Shown: positions 35,704 through 48,346, numbered from the whole stretch's first letter. The stretch: DNA of 63,372 bases, filler included, from Pseudovirgaria hyperparasitica (GCA_010093815.1; 3 parts of 2 records of this genome joined end to end with filler, not necessarily neighbours in it), one strand, 5' to 3'. Numbers and translations: made by a program. Notes: a model not told the origin generated them from the letters alone.

Positions 35704-36579
35704 AGGTTTACGCAAAAGAAAGCACGTCGACTTAGCTAGATGAAATGACAAATCTAGACACGCGAGAGCGCCATGTCGGTAGCCCCTGTATATTTATACA
35801 TGTGCTGCTTCGGAGGCGCGGTTATGCTCCCTCCGACTATCAAAGCTATATACTGCTCTTGGCAACAAGGTGTTGCCAAGAGCGGCTACTTTCGCGAGGT
35901 CGCCTTACGGCGCTGCAGTACCGACTCGAATCACACCGAGAGTTTCAAAGTGTGGTCACGGTGGCGCTGTGGATATGCCGGTCACAGCGTAAGCCATGTA
36001 GCTCAATGCATGAGCCGCACGAGAAACGTCGATGCAAGTCTGTACGAAGACTAGGACCTGCTCCCTTAATGCCACTTGGGTCCCGTAACTATCAGGATGA
36101 AGCCAGAAAATGAGATGCAAGGCTGGAGTTCTGACTCTACCCACTCCCCCTACCTGTGGTCTTGCGTACTCGTCCCAATTCGAAGATGCTATCTCAAGAT
36201 GTACACCCCGTGCCAACTCAACCCAAGCAATCATACCTATCATGATCTGCCTGGGTAGGAGTGTAGGTGACCATGCTAGGAACTTGCAAGCCACCATCCT
36301 CATTGAGCTCTTCATTACTTCTCCCGTAAGCACGAAGGGGCCGTTTAGGAGCACATCAGACGCAGCAGGTAAGCCAGACATATCGCGTCAGCCTTTTCAT
36401 TGGTCCACACGTACGCGATCTCTGCTACGGAGATTACTTGTCCCAATGTCCTTATAACTCAGTGTGTGTCCCAGTCCGACATGATACATGAGACTGACTT
36501 CTCCAAGCGTCATAAACAGGCGAGAAAAAGCCACAACGGCCTTACAAACCCCTCAACTTGGCGGAATGGTTTTCGGATG

Positions 36580-37081
36580 CTGACTTCGGCACATACAATC
36601 CGAATCCATGCAAGCTCAATCTGCTTAAATATTCTAATAGAGAATACAAGCTCAATCTACACCTCAAAAATGATTGCCACGACGGTACAATCTCAATCCG
36701 ATTGGTCAGATTGCTTGTGTTAGATTGAATAAAGTGGGGTATATTCATAGATATAGCCTAGAGCCTTATCTTAGCTATATTTAGGTATTTTTAAAGCCTT
36801 AGGCAGGAATATTAGGGCCTTAGGGCACGTTAAGGCCTTAGGCAGGCATATTAAGGCCTTAGGCAGGAACATTAGGGCCTTAGGCAGGAGTATTAGGGCC
36901 TTAGGCAGGAATATCATAGCCTTAGGTATATCTATATATATATCCACTTTATTCAATTTAACACAAGCAATCTCAATCCCTTGGCGCAGATTCCAAGCTC
37001 AATCCGTACTTTGAGGGTGACTAATCATACAATCCTAATCTAGGCCCTCGGATTGTATCCGATTGTATATGCCGAAGTCTG
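36580..37081. mobile_element. hAT MITE with 8-bp TSD
   Basis: TIR C(T/A)GACTTCGGCA...TGCCGAAGTCTG; TSD TTCGGATG (36572-36579, 37082-37089); internal ~21-bp minisatellite TTAGGGCCTTAGGCAGGAATA. Confidence 0.9.
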
Positions 37082-37541
37082 TTCGGATGCCTTTGAGCTT
37101 TATATCTATGACGGATTGTGCGAAATCTCTCGGAGATCTTGCTGCTCATACATTCACATCATCGGCTACCCTATCTCTTCTCTGAACTAATTTAAACTTC
37201 TTGGAATGGGGGCAAGTCTCGAATAGTTTTGGAGTTACGCGAATCGGAATGGGGTAGTTCTGGTCCTGTTGGCCTTGTTACTACATTCTCCCGGATGATC
37301 AGCGCCTTCATCTTACTAGCATCTTTAGATCTGTTAGCCAAGAGACACCGTCCTTATGACGATGAAGATATCTGCGCTATAATTCTTCTTGAAAAGCACG
37401 CCTTTCCGAAGAAAATTGTCTTTAGCCTCGCGGAACTTTCCATTGACCAATTTTTGGCCCATGGTTACGAGTTAGGTAGGGCTATTTCGCATAAAGTGTT
37501 AAGCTGCGTAGTATACCCTAGGTGAAGAGCTCATCCGGAGT

Positions 37542-37627
37542 GACTTTACTGAGCCGCAGACTTTACTGAGCCGTAGACTTTACTGAGCCGTTACACCTTA
37601 CTACGCCGTCACACTTTACTGAGCCAC
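37542..37627. repeat. 17-bp tandem repeat GACTTTACTGAGCCG(N2), three clean and two degenerate units
   Basis: Units start at 37542, 37559 and 37576. Confidence 0.85.
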
Positions 37628-38159
37628 TGCAATATTCAACGCTAATATCGTTACGATTGAAACTGAGCCGTGAGAGGTACTGGCCTGGTGACTAGTCGCC
37701 AGCTGATCATGAAACCACATCGGCTTCCACCTGCCCTTTCCAGCGAAGAATTTCAGAAGTGGACTTGCCTAGGCTTCATATTGAAGTCCTGCCTTACAGT
37801 AGACGATATGCTGTATCTCGGCGCCATCTCCAACGTCTGCCTTGGATCACTCACACAATGCAAGCATACTGACCTTTGTAATGTCGACAAGCCTTACTAA
37901 ATCTGCGACTCGGTACTTTCTATGGGCACCTCGTACTATGATTATGAATACCTCATACTTGATAATGTGGAAGTCCAGAGTATAGACAACCCAGATGTTC
38001 ATTGATAATGTTCGAAAAGTCAAGGTTACCACAAGTGTGTTCAAGCATTGGGTGGAAAGGACGAGTACTCGAAAGAAGATGGTAACAGCCAAGTGCCAGT
38101 TCAATACGGGCCACTATCTTCTTGCCGTTATCACTGCGTCATCACAAGCCTCCATTCGT

Positions 38160-38375
38160 CCTTCTCACTGTACCTGGCGGGCATATGATCGTCTTTGGGC
38201 TGACTTAAGCTATCCTCAGGCGCAACGAGTCTATCGAAGTCGGCTAGTATACCAGAAGCGCTCTCGCTCCCATTGCAACTCTTCTTTGAGCTCGAGATTC
38301 TCAGACAACCAGACTTAACAGGTTGAGGGTGCGAGATTGGCGGAAAGTCGACTCCCTTTTTCGAACGGATTAGCC
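38160..38375 (-). pseudogene. deleted paralogue of ORF 56109-56504
   Basis: FPPISHP and ILADFDRLVAPEDSLSQP match FPPISYP and ILADFDRLVTPEDALSQP, with internal deletions. Confidence 0.75.
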
Positions 38376-39949
38376 CTATACTGGATAGGCAGGGATACAC
38401 TTCTCGGCATACCGACAGTGAAAGCCCCTTAGGTATAGTAGAAAAGCAGCTGTAAATAGGAGAGGCATGGATTGAAAGTGACAAGATCCGGTCCGAGGTC
38501 CGAACCGGGCCGTCATTACAGCTGATCTCTTTACATTTCATTTCTAGTTAGTACTCTCCATACAGCATTGAATAGACTTTTGTGCGTGTGCGAGATAGAC
38601 AGATCGTCCAATGTCTGAGATTCCGTTACCGGTCGTGCGAAGGAAGTCCTCAGCCGTATGCTTGATCCAAGTATACGCCTGGGTCCCCGAAACTGGGTCA
38701 AGTTTGCTAAATATAGCATCATACTGTATTGCACGCGGACGCCTTTGAAATCGTAATCTTTTTTTGGTAGCACATCGTTAGCATAGACCACGAAGCATGT
38801 TCGACGATAACTGCGCAAGGATGATTCTAAGTAATGTATAGTATAAAACCTGTTTGGTTAAGCTAGAGGGCTGCTTGGGAGATACTTCGTACAACGATGG
38901 ATGACCAGTCTTGCCGTCCGGGTATGAGTATCTACAGCATCACGCCTCCAGAGAGCGAAGTTGCACTCTACGCTGGTGGCCCTGACAGCCCTAATGCTAC
39001 TTGGGAGAATGGACCTTTCCTTCGAGCCCTACACCGGCGATCTTATATCGAAACAACCTAGGGTCTGAACAGATGACAGCTGATTCCTCCGACTTGTTCG
39101 CTAACGTCAATAAATACTCCTTTGAGCCGAACTTGGATCTTGTATTGGACAGATTAGCTCCAGCTCTGTTCTACTCGGCTGGATGCTCGAGCATTTGACT
39201 TGGAAAAGAAGTCAGGTTCCTATTAAGGCAGGATTGACTGCCTGGAGGAGAAAGTAATTGCGCTAGAGGGAAGCAGAGAGTTGCTACAGCAAAGCAACTC
39301 GCGACTCGAAAAGCAGATGGATTCTGCATCAAAGCAGATCGGCCGGCTCACGGAGCAGAACACGGCGCTCCGGTGGTAAGTTGACTGTGCTCTACCTGTC
39401 CCCGCATGAGGTCTCATGGGCTGATGGTACACGAAGGGATCTCGATGGCGTAAAAACGTATCTCGAGCAGTTCCAGGACTGGTCCTTTGAACTCAGGCAG
39501 TTGCAAGCAGCAAGAGGACGACGGTTCGGAACGGAGACTATAGCAGAAGGGAGACAGCATCGGTTTAACCTCGGGCTTATCTGAGACTGTCGGTGATGGC
39601 ATTCATAGTTATCTACAGACACGTCCCTATCGTAATTATCTAAGAGCTGTATAGCTGCATAATGTAGTTCAGCCTAAGATAGCCTGTTGCATTGTGCTTT
39701 GATGCCTTTTGTGTCCGAATTCGACGTAGGTTTCCAAATTCAGCTAGGTCTCGTGCCCATTCAGAAACCGCTTCATCGTCAACGTTAACTAAGTGAACGT
39801 CAAGTCATGATATAGGAGGTCCGACTAGGAGCTTATAGGTGTTTCAGCTCGATATGAGTGACTTTAATATTGTTTGTTTCATATGCCAATTATCTCATGA
39901 TCAAATTGTAAATCTATCGATATATGACATAGCTAACGTAGATCTTATA

Positions 39950-40483
39950 TTACCTTCGAAAGAAATCAATGCTCAGACAGAGTGAAACTCCACACAGCAG
40001 TAAGGACAGCGATGTTGACAAGTCATGCCCGGTACTTGTTACGTGGACAGGGTCGCCTAGCATTACTGTTGGGAAGGCAGTGCCCCCGACGAAAGACCCT
40101 GTTCCAGTGCCCCAAAGAACACTCTGCGTCGAGTTTGGGTATGGATATGGAACCTTGTTTGACAAGGGTGGCGCAGGTGAGAGTGGAGAGAAGCGAGCGA
40201 CATCAGAAGCGTCGAGGACAGAGCTTGGCATCGACGGGTCGTCGACCTGTGAGCTTCCGTCCTCTGCTCCTCTCCAAGTGGTTTGACGAAGCTCCGATGA
40301 CGATGACGTCAGGGTTGGCAAATTTTTCCCGGCTCCGGCGGTGACCAGAACTTGAGTAGGCGAGGAAGGTTCTGTAATCTGAGAAAGAAGAAGTGTGCCT
40401 TGGCCTACATGACCATCGAATGAGATGCCGAAAGCCACCGTCACGACTACAGGGTCTCCAGTGTCCATGTCTGTGGTCTGCAT
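39950..40483 (-). CDS. Ser/Thr-rich protein with hydrophobic C-tail (possible GPI/cell-wall protein, partial)
   Basis: S/T/P-rich ORF ending LSLLLCGVSLCLSI; 40326-40730 duplicated at 58906-59255. Confidence 0.4.
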   Translation of the reverse strand: MQTTDMDTGDPVVVTVAFGISFDGHVGQGTLLLSQITEPSSPTQVLVTAGAGKNLPTLTSSSSELRQTTWRGAEDGSSQVDDPSMPSSVLDASDVARFSPLSPAPPLSNKVPYPYPNSTQSVLWGTGTGSFVGGTAFPTVMLGDPVHVTSTGHDLSTSLSLLLCGVSLCLSIDFFRR

Positions 40484-41069
40484 GGCAAGTAGTGGAATGG
40501 CATAGAGTCGAGGAACAACGGGCCAAGTATCAACCTGCCTGATATACTGCGTAGGACAGACTTAGCACGGCAAGGACCGGAAACGGGCTCGGCTGTTCCT
40601 AGGTCCTCTGATAGTAAAGCAGTCCCGAACCGTTTCTGCTCTTCTTGTCCTATAAGGGGTGCGGACTACACGGGAAGGACATAAGTGAGATAATTCGAGC
40701 ACTAAGGTATGTTCTAAGATTAAAAAAGTTGTCAGAATAGCAGCCCAAATATACGATCAATCTTCGACCACATTAGATTATGTAAGCAAGCTGATAACTG
40801 CATATCGGCGGATAAGACTTGAGAGCTGGGTTGAGGCCTTGAGCCGACTTCTCCATGAAAGTAGGAGCGATCAATCAAGGAACATTCTTCCCACGATTTC
40901 TAACAGCATGCGAGTATCAGTTCCCTTCGAATTCCCCTACTTTGGGTCATCTTGTGTTCATCCGAGTCGTGTATGAGAGACATTCCACTTTGTTCGAGCA
41001 AGTATTCAACCTGTGTCAAGCTAGAGGACAATACATATCTAGCTTCATTCGATGACAATGGTATGGGGA

Positions 41070-41914
41070 NNNNNNNNNNNNNNNNNNNNNNNNNNNNNNN
41101 NNNNNNNNNNNNNNNNNNNNNNNNNNNNNNNNNNNNNNNNNNNNNNNNNNNNNNNNNNNNNNNNNNNNNNNNNNNNNNNNNNNNNNNNNNNNNNNNNNNN
41201 NNNNNNNNNNNNNNNNNNNNNNNNNNNNNNNNNNNNNNNNNNNNNNNNNNNNNNNNNNNNNNNNNNNNNNNNNNNNNNNNNNNNNNNNNNNNNNNNNNNN
41301 NNNNNNNNNNNNNNNNNNNNNNNNNNNNNNNNNNNNNNNNNNNNNNNNNNNNNNNNNNNNNNNNNNNNNNNNNNNNNNNNNNNNNNNNNNNNNNNNNNNN
41401 NNNNNNNNNNNNNNNNNNNNNNNNNNNNNNNNNNNNNNNNNNNNNNNNNNNNNNNNNNNNNNNNNNNNNNNNNNNNNNNNNNNNNNNNNNNNNNNNNNNN
41501 NNNNNNNNNNNNNNNNNNNNNNNNNNNNNNNNNNNNNNNNNNNNNNNNNNNNNNNNNNNNNNNNNNNNNNNNNNNNNNNNNNNNNNNNNNNNNNNNNNNN
41601 NNNNNNNNNNNNNNNNNNNNNNNNNNNNNNNNNNNNNNNNNNNNNNNNNNNNNNNNNNNNNNNNNNNNNNNNNNNNNNNNNNNNNNNNNNNNNNNNNNNN
41701 NNNNNNNNNNNNNNNNNNNNNNNNNNNNNNNNNNNNNNNNNNNNNNNNNNNNNNNNNNNNNNNNNNNNNNNNNNNNNNNNNNNNNNNNNNNNNNNNNNNN
41801 NNNNNNNNNNNNNNNNNNNNNNNNNNNNNNNNNNNNNNNNNNNNNNNNNNNNNNNNNNNNNNNNNNNNNNNNNNNNNNNNNNNNNNNNNNNNNNNNNNNN
41901 NNNNNNNNNNNNNN
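41070..41914. other. assembly gap (N)
   Basis: Run of N. Confidence 0.99.
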
Positions 41915-42578
41915 ATAGGTTTGGCTGTGTCAAACATATCGAGTGGTGAAGAAGGCAACCAAATGACGGTGTGTTGACCGGTCAGAGACATACGAAGTTA
42001 TATATTTCGGGGCGAGTAATATGGGGAAGCTACTTCGCAGAAAGCGCCAGATGAGCCCGTAAGTCAAAGGGGCCACGCGAGAATCGTTAAATTTTGAAAA
42101 GGATCGTTATGGGGGTGCTTCTGACGGTCGTTCAGAGTATACCAACTCAAAGCTACGGCGCTAATAGCAGAGGTGATACAGAACAGGCAAGATATCTTCG
42201 TAGTGTTGGGCGTGGGTTGCTCACTGGTCCGTGAAAAACAAAAGTAGACACAGGGGTCGGGACCTAGCAACGCGTTTCTATTTCTTTACTGTTCGAATTG
42301 CGCTACTAGGAAATTTCATGCTATTCTTCTCTAAAATGACAATAACATGGCTCTCCCACCAGCAGGGGTTACATTTCAAAGATGTGTGGTTGGGCCTACC
42401 TGATAATTAACATCTATATTAAATCCTTTATTAAGGATAGCCCAAGGCATCTGTATACCATTTCGCCAAGTAATAATGTAGGACAATTCCACGTGCTATG
42501 AGGAGCTCCATGAAGGGCAGTCTCACGATACTGGGGGCTTGCATACTTAGTGCATCAATCTACAGGCAAGTAGCCCAA

Positions 42579-42648
42579 CATACGGCTAAACCGTGGCCCC
42601 GACCGCAAAAATCCGTTTTTGCGGTCAGGGCCACGGTTTAGCCGTATG
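42579..42648. repeat. near-perfect 33-bp-arm hairpin; possible TIR-only Tc1/mariner relic with TA flanks
   Basis: CATACGGCTAAACCGTGGCCCCGACCGCAAAAA-TCCG-TTTTTGCGGTCAGGGCCACGGTTTAGCCGTATG, one mismatch. Confidence 0.85.
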
Positions 42649-43997
42649 ATCAAGGTACCTGCATTTACCCTCACCCCCTGGTTCATGCAACAGATATGCA
42701 GCACTACTGTCTCGTCCTCCACAGCAGTTGCCTTCTTTCCAGTGATGGGGGATAATGAGTTATACTCCGGAGCTCGTGAATAGGTTCATGGTCAACGACA
42801 AACCCAAAACATAAAGACCCCGTATATCTTCGAAATTTACATTAGAGCGGATTATTATTACCTAGCTTAACTCAAAGTGTATAGGAACGCCTTCGCCTAC
42901 TTGAAAGACACTCTCATGGGTGGGCTCTTGTTTGAAGTGAAGGTATACATAATTGGCACTACGCATGTAAGTTCACCAAATGCCTTGGTGACGCGGCCGC
43001 TCGTACGAAAAAAAAAGTTGGGATAGCCAACAATTAGGCCCGGTATTGTGTGGCAAGTATCGTATCCCGGGCCGACCTTCTGAAGGCGTTTTCGGAGTAG
43101 TCTTTCCTGGCTCCTCGTCTCCTGAACTGGCTTCAATGTCATATTGATTGGACCAGGCGTGACTAGAAACAGTGCGGTTTGTTGGTTGTGCTTCGCACAC
43201 TGCTTTATCTCGTCAATTCACTAGTTACATTCAAAGAGGACTGTAAGGATGACAAGCGCCGCATTGTATTTCTCTTGATCGAGATAATGTGTAGCGGCTG
43301 GAGAGACATGTTGGATTCAAGAAGGCACCGAAATGGCGGTATACTAATCGGTGGGTGGCTTATATAGCTCCAGGTCCGGGTACGGTCCATGATGCATGAC
43401 ACGGTCGAAGCGATTGCATATCCAACATCTGACTACAGGTCGTCATCGGAAATCGTCACAGGTGATAATCTTTTATTGCCGTGCCGAGCAAGGACCAAAC
43501 ACAGGGATCGATGAAACTATCCATTGATGAGCAGTAGCATAACTTTGAGCCAGCCGCCTCGGCTTATGCTCCTAGTGGTATTGACGCAGCCTTGATATCT
43601 TGATGTAGAGCGCTTCCAGGTCCCATACATCGAAGCAATCCATCCAACGAGACCAGCATGGATGTTGGGTTCCGATCCCCACCCACGCTGGGATTCTCTG
43701 GTCGAAAATGACATATCTTGAGTCGGAATGCCAGGTTGGGAGGCAGGAGGACTCACTTTTGATCCCGTATACGACGATCAGTAGTGCCAGTGCTGCTTCG
43801 TCGCACACCAGCCGCCAGTCTGCGAGTCTATCAAGGGTCAAGACCACAGCGTGGTTTCAGGCATGCTCTGGCGCGGGGCGTAGCTGATGGACAGTCTACA
43901 GGATCCCTGCTCCACTGGGCAATCGGAGTGCTGGTCCGGCAAGGAGTGTCCTGGCAACAATACTGTGAGGAAGACACTCCTTCCGGTTCCCTTGTTT

Positions 43998-44042
43998 GTA
44001 AAGCCGCTCTTGGCAACATACTGTTGCCAAGAGCGGCTTTAC
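43998..44042. repeat. perfect 21-bp-arm hairpin; related copy at 35855-35887
   Basis: GTAAAGCCGCTCTTGGCAACA-TAC-TGTTGCCAAGAGCGGCTTTAC. Confidence 0.85.
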
Positions 44043-44699
44043 CCCGGGCTAGCATGTCTGTACGATCGCAGGATCATATCGCACTACACCATATATAGCT
44101 TAGATAATCCTTTTCGACCCACATGTTAGTTGGAGGGAGCATGACCGCGCCTCAGAAGCAGAACATGTATGAATACTACAGCGACAAGTTTCTACTGCCT
44201 TCGTGCTATCTGTATACATAGCAATCGGGCCCAGGAATTTGGGAAGGAGGGTAAGGTTCCGGGACCCTCCTCGAGCGGGAGGACTTGCTTTTGATCCCGT
44301 ATATGACCAAATCAGATCAATAGCCTGTCCGTGCCGCGTTGTCGCACACCAGCGGGCAATAATATGCTGCGTGCGCCCTGTGAGGAAGTCTATCAGGGGT
44401 CAAGACCAATGTACCGGCGTTACAGATCGAACCATTCTGGAAATCTGAATAGGAGGTCGACATTGGAGTACAAGCGCAAGCAATCACAGTGTGATTGCGC
44501 AGGGGTGGGAGTCGGAACGAGACCTGGGGTCCCATTCTAAGCTCTCATGTTAGGTGTTCCATATCGTGTGTTTGATATCTTATGTAATAGTGAAGGATAC
44601 TCACGCATGGATTGTACCAAAAATATTCGTTACCTTTAGACCTGTCTAAGCATCCCTCATCTACTCGTCAAAATCACTAGCAAGACTTCGCAACACGAT

Positions 44700-46963
44700 A
44701 TGAGCTCCCGTGGCTCAATCGATGATGGCTGTGGTGGCGAGGATGCTTCTACTCCACTCCTCCCTCGATTGCTCCCGGCTTTGGGGGGTCATGGAAGTCG
44801 AGGTCCCAGCATTCGACTCTCGTCTGCACCGCCCAAGAGGATAGGAAACTCTATGGCGTGCGGCCCCTGTAAAGCCAGGAAGTTGCGGGTATGTTTCCAT
44901 CGAGCTTTGACGACGGACGCCTCTAATATGTGAGGCGGGTGCTAGTGCGATGGAATTCGGCCAGTGTGTACAAGATGCCAGAAGAAGAACACCGGTTGTC
45001 AGTATGAGTTGCGAGCCGGTGTTTCTCGTCAAGTCGCCTTGAAGAACTTTAAAGATGATCTGAAGCGTGAGAACGCCGACTTGAGAGAGCTTGTATTACT
45101 CCTGAAGACGAAGAGTGAAGATGAAGCAAAAGCAATACTCAATATGATCAGATCCCACGACGATCCTGTCAGCGTTATCGAGAAGCTTCGACAACATAAA
45201 CTGCCTCTCGCTTGGTCCGACACGCCGAGCCAGGACTCTGATAAGGCTGACGAGAAAGTCATCAAGAGTGCGACCCAGGTCCCTGCCCAGCCGTGGACAA
45301 GTGTGGCGACCGACGAAGTGGTCTCGGAGCTGATCACTGCCTGGTTCGCTTGGGAAGACACGACACTGTTTTCGTATATCACACTAGATCTTTTCGTAGC
45401 AGACATGAAAGCAAGCGATCCAGAGCGTGCGACATTTTGCTCTCCGTTCCTCGTCAACGCCATCTGTGCTGCCAAAGCCATCAGTTGCATCGCACGAGCT
45501 CATAGAATGAGAAGTGTCCACAAGGCCTTCAAGTCCATGGACAAGCCTGCCGCAGACGCAACGTCTGAAAGCACATGGGAGCTAAGCGAACGATTCCTCG
45601 CCGCTGCGAAGGAGCACTTGGAGCTTCAGTGCGGACGGGCTTCGCTTCCTACCATCCACGGACTGTATTGCCTTTTTCAGCACGCATCTATCTCAGGAGT
45701 AGATCGGGCAGGCTCGTTCTATCGACTTGCTGCGATCGACATGTTAAGCCGTCTCAACCTCACAAAGGTATACAGAAGCTTAAGAGACGACGTACCATCA
45801 CATTTCAGGCGAAAGCAGGCTATATCACGAACCCTGTGGGCAGTCTGTAATGTCGAAAGGTATGTCAAAGCTACTATGCCGTACCCGATCCATCACAATA
45901 AATATGTTGTTACGGTTTCTGGTATTGAAGACATGTTAACATCATTCCGAAATAGTCTTGCTGCATCGCTGTACCTGAAGCCCACCCTATTTCCGGCACC
46001 ACCAATTCCTCCCTACTTTCGAGAGCCTCCTCTTACATCTTCAAAAACGGAGGTCGAGGAATTTGACTTCCTGGGCTCCCCATTTTCTCCCAAGAGTTCA
46101 CAACCGCCCGTGGTACGAGGCGCACAATATGCACTATGCGAGGTCTCAATCATCATGAATGAGGTCGTATGCTACAACCACACCACCCGCGAGTGCCCAA
46201 GTGGTGATGCTGTAGATATCGACATCCGTAAGGATCTCTACCGCCGGCTCACAGATCTTGAAAGGTCCTGGCTAAGCTGGCTCAGACACGACGCTGAAGT
46301 CACCCCGCAAACTTTCGTCTTGGGGTAAGCGAGCACCTGCATTACTACAACAGCCTATTAACATTCCCTAGCTTCTTTGTGAACATCGTCGCCTACAACA
46401 TCCTCCGTCCGTTATACAACGTCCACCCTGATACAGGCTTCGAACCCTCACTGCCTCCAGGCTCGATGAGAGGCCCGCTAGGGTACGGGTCCACAGCACA
46501 GTCGTTCATCCTCAAACATGCCGCCATCGACGTCAAACTAATGGAGACGCTCGAGAAGCGCTGGCCATACAACATCCACCCCTTCACATCTTTTTTCCTC
46601 GCCGCACCGTACAACTGCGCCGCGACTCTGATCTCCCTCCTTCACATCCCCGTTGCACAGAATCTTTTCACCCGAGCCGTCTGCAATCTCCGCCTGCTCA
46701 AATCAGGTCTAACTTGTGTCAAGTTAATCCTCGGCGGCCTGCTGGTCGTAGCACAGTCCGTCGGCCAGCAAATCCCATCCGAAGCACAGGGCACCTTCGA
46801 CGGCGTGGAGGAAGCTTGCAGGCTGGAGAGCAAAGACATTGCTGTGTCGTTCCGCGCTCCTCAGGACGAAGCGTTGGTCAAGTTGTTGGCTATCAGCGAG
46901 AGTGAGAATCTTGACATGGTTGGCGAGGTAGAAAACATGGGGATGCATGCTATCGCTGTATAA
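44700..46963 (+). CDS. Zn(II)2Cys6 transcription factor with fungal TF middle domain (NirA-like type)
   Basis: ACGPCKARKLR|CDGIRPVCTRCQKKNTGCQY across intron 44889-44945; VPAQPWTSV, FCSPFLVNAICA; further introns 45860-45955 and 46325-46371. Confidence 0.9.
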
Positions 46964-47312
46964 GAGCGTGAGCCTGAAGGGGAGGGATGGTGCGAAATGA
47001 TGTGATACACCCGGCTTTATAGTCCTGGAATCTGGGAGAGCTGGAAGATTTGCTTTGCTTAACACTCACACAGATAAAATTTCGGACTGCGTGTTGGCCT
47101 AACGAAATGAGATATGCCTATTAAATTATGAAATTCATGCTTGAGAATCCTGATGGAGATATGCGCCGTGCAGGCTGTGACTCTGGTCGTTCTCAGGGGC
47201 TGCAGTACAGCACGTGACGAACAGCCAGTTCTCGACTTTGCCAGACGCTTGCGCGCTCTCCTCCACCTACTTTCATGACCTTCTCCCTCCTACCACACCA
47301 TACCGACGTAAG

Positions 47313-48346
47313 ATGCCTGGTCGACCAGTAAGTGCTCCTGTGTTCAATCGAAAACATAAACAAGCCGCATATGCCGGTTATAGAGCGCCTAAGAAATATA
47401 AGTCGTGGGAGCCATGCAACCATAGCGGCGCCTGCACCAGCTGCGTGTGCGCTATAAACAAGACGACATGCGAAGCCTCTTGTCGCTGCGCTGGGAACTG
47501 TCCTCGCCAGAGGGGGGGATGCAAGTGCGAGGGCGAATGCGTGTGGGAGGCCTGCTCGTGCTCGTCCGACTCATCGCAATGCACAACAGCATGTGCATGC
47601 GACGGAAGATGTGCGATCTTCCACCCAATGCCGTACATACTCTTTGTCGGGCTATCTAAACACGGGTTCGGATGCTTCGCTCTCCAGCCGGTTCCTGCTG
47701 GTACGATTCTTGCCGAATACGAGGGCTACCTTCGCCCGATCAGCGACGAGCCAGGGACGGTCACCCTGCTAGAAATGAGTACATGTATAGTCTACACCTT
47801 TGGAGGCTCGATTAATGAGACTGATCTGATCTGGTAGCACATTGCATTCAGGGCGTTTCAGGGACTCCTGCGTTTCACATGAATCACAGCACGAAGCCTA
47901 ATGCCTCTTTCTTGCAATGTAGAGCTAATTCCCGCCAATGGATACCAGTTATACAAACGAAGAAGCGCATGTCGCTGGGGGATGAAGTGCGACTTACCTA
48001 TTCGTGAGCTGCCTATCTTCTTCTTTACTCTTAGTGCTTACTAGGCCCTAGATGTGGGAATCTTGTTTTCGAACCGCAGCCAGAGTTTGCGACAAGGCCG
48101 CCGACTGGAGTGTACTGTCAGCGCAATCAGACCGAGCTACGCGGCGGCGATATCATTCCAGTCAAGCTGCCGGCGTTGGGTGGCCTCTGGTATGGGCAGG
48201 TGTCTGGGTTCAGTGTGTTAAGCACGTCCGAACGCACCGCATCGGCGTCGGATTTTGTTGAAGTGCGATGGCTCTACGCGAAGGACGATCTCCCGGAGAC
48301 TCTAATCGGGCGTCCCGCAACCACGTGTGGCACAATATTCGGGTAA
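47313..48346 (+). CDS. compact E(z)/KMT6-like CXC-SET lysine methyltransferase with C-terminal BAH-like segment
   Basis: Exons 47313-47784, 47838-48003 and 48052-48346 splice in frame (310 aa); CXC with 17 Cys plus His in EZH2-type spacing; SET motifs HGFGCFA, EYEG, HMNHS.KPN, GDEVRLTY; then LRGGDII.V...WYGQV...VEVRWLY. Start codon uncertain. Confidence 0.75.

Noticed and set aside
36771..36956. ORF with LPKALI repeats
   Set aside because: Translation of the minisatellite inside a hAT MITE; the TTAGGG-containing units are not a telomeric array
37542..37627. CRISPR-like array
   Set aside because: Head-to-tail units with no unique spacers, in eukaryotic DNA
43998..44052. Helitron 3' end (hairpin followed by CTAG)
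   Set aside because: Hairpin is longer than typical, CTAG is not followed by T, and the related copy at 35855 lacks the CTAG
45029..45490. Antisense or overlapping ORFs here and over other genes (e.g. 475-750, 9213-9513, 18592-18975)
   Set aside because: Shadows of better-supported genes, with no recognisable motifs
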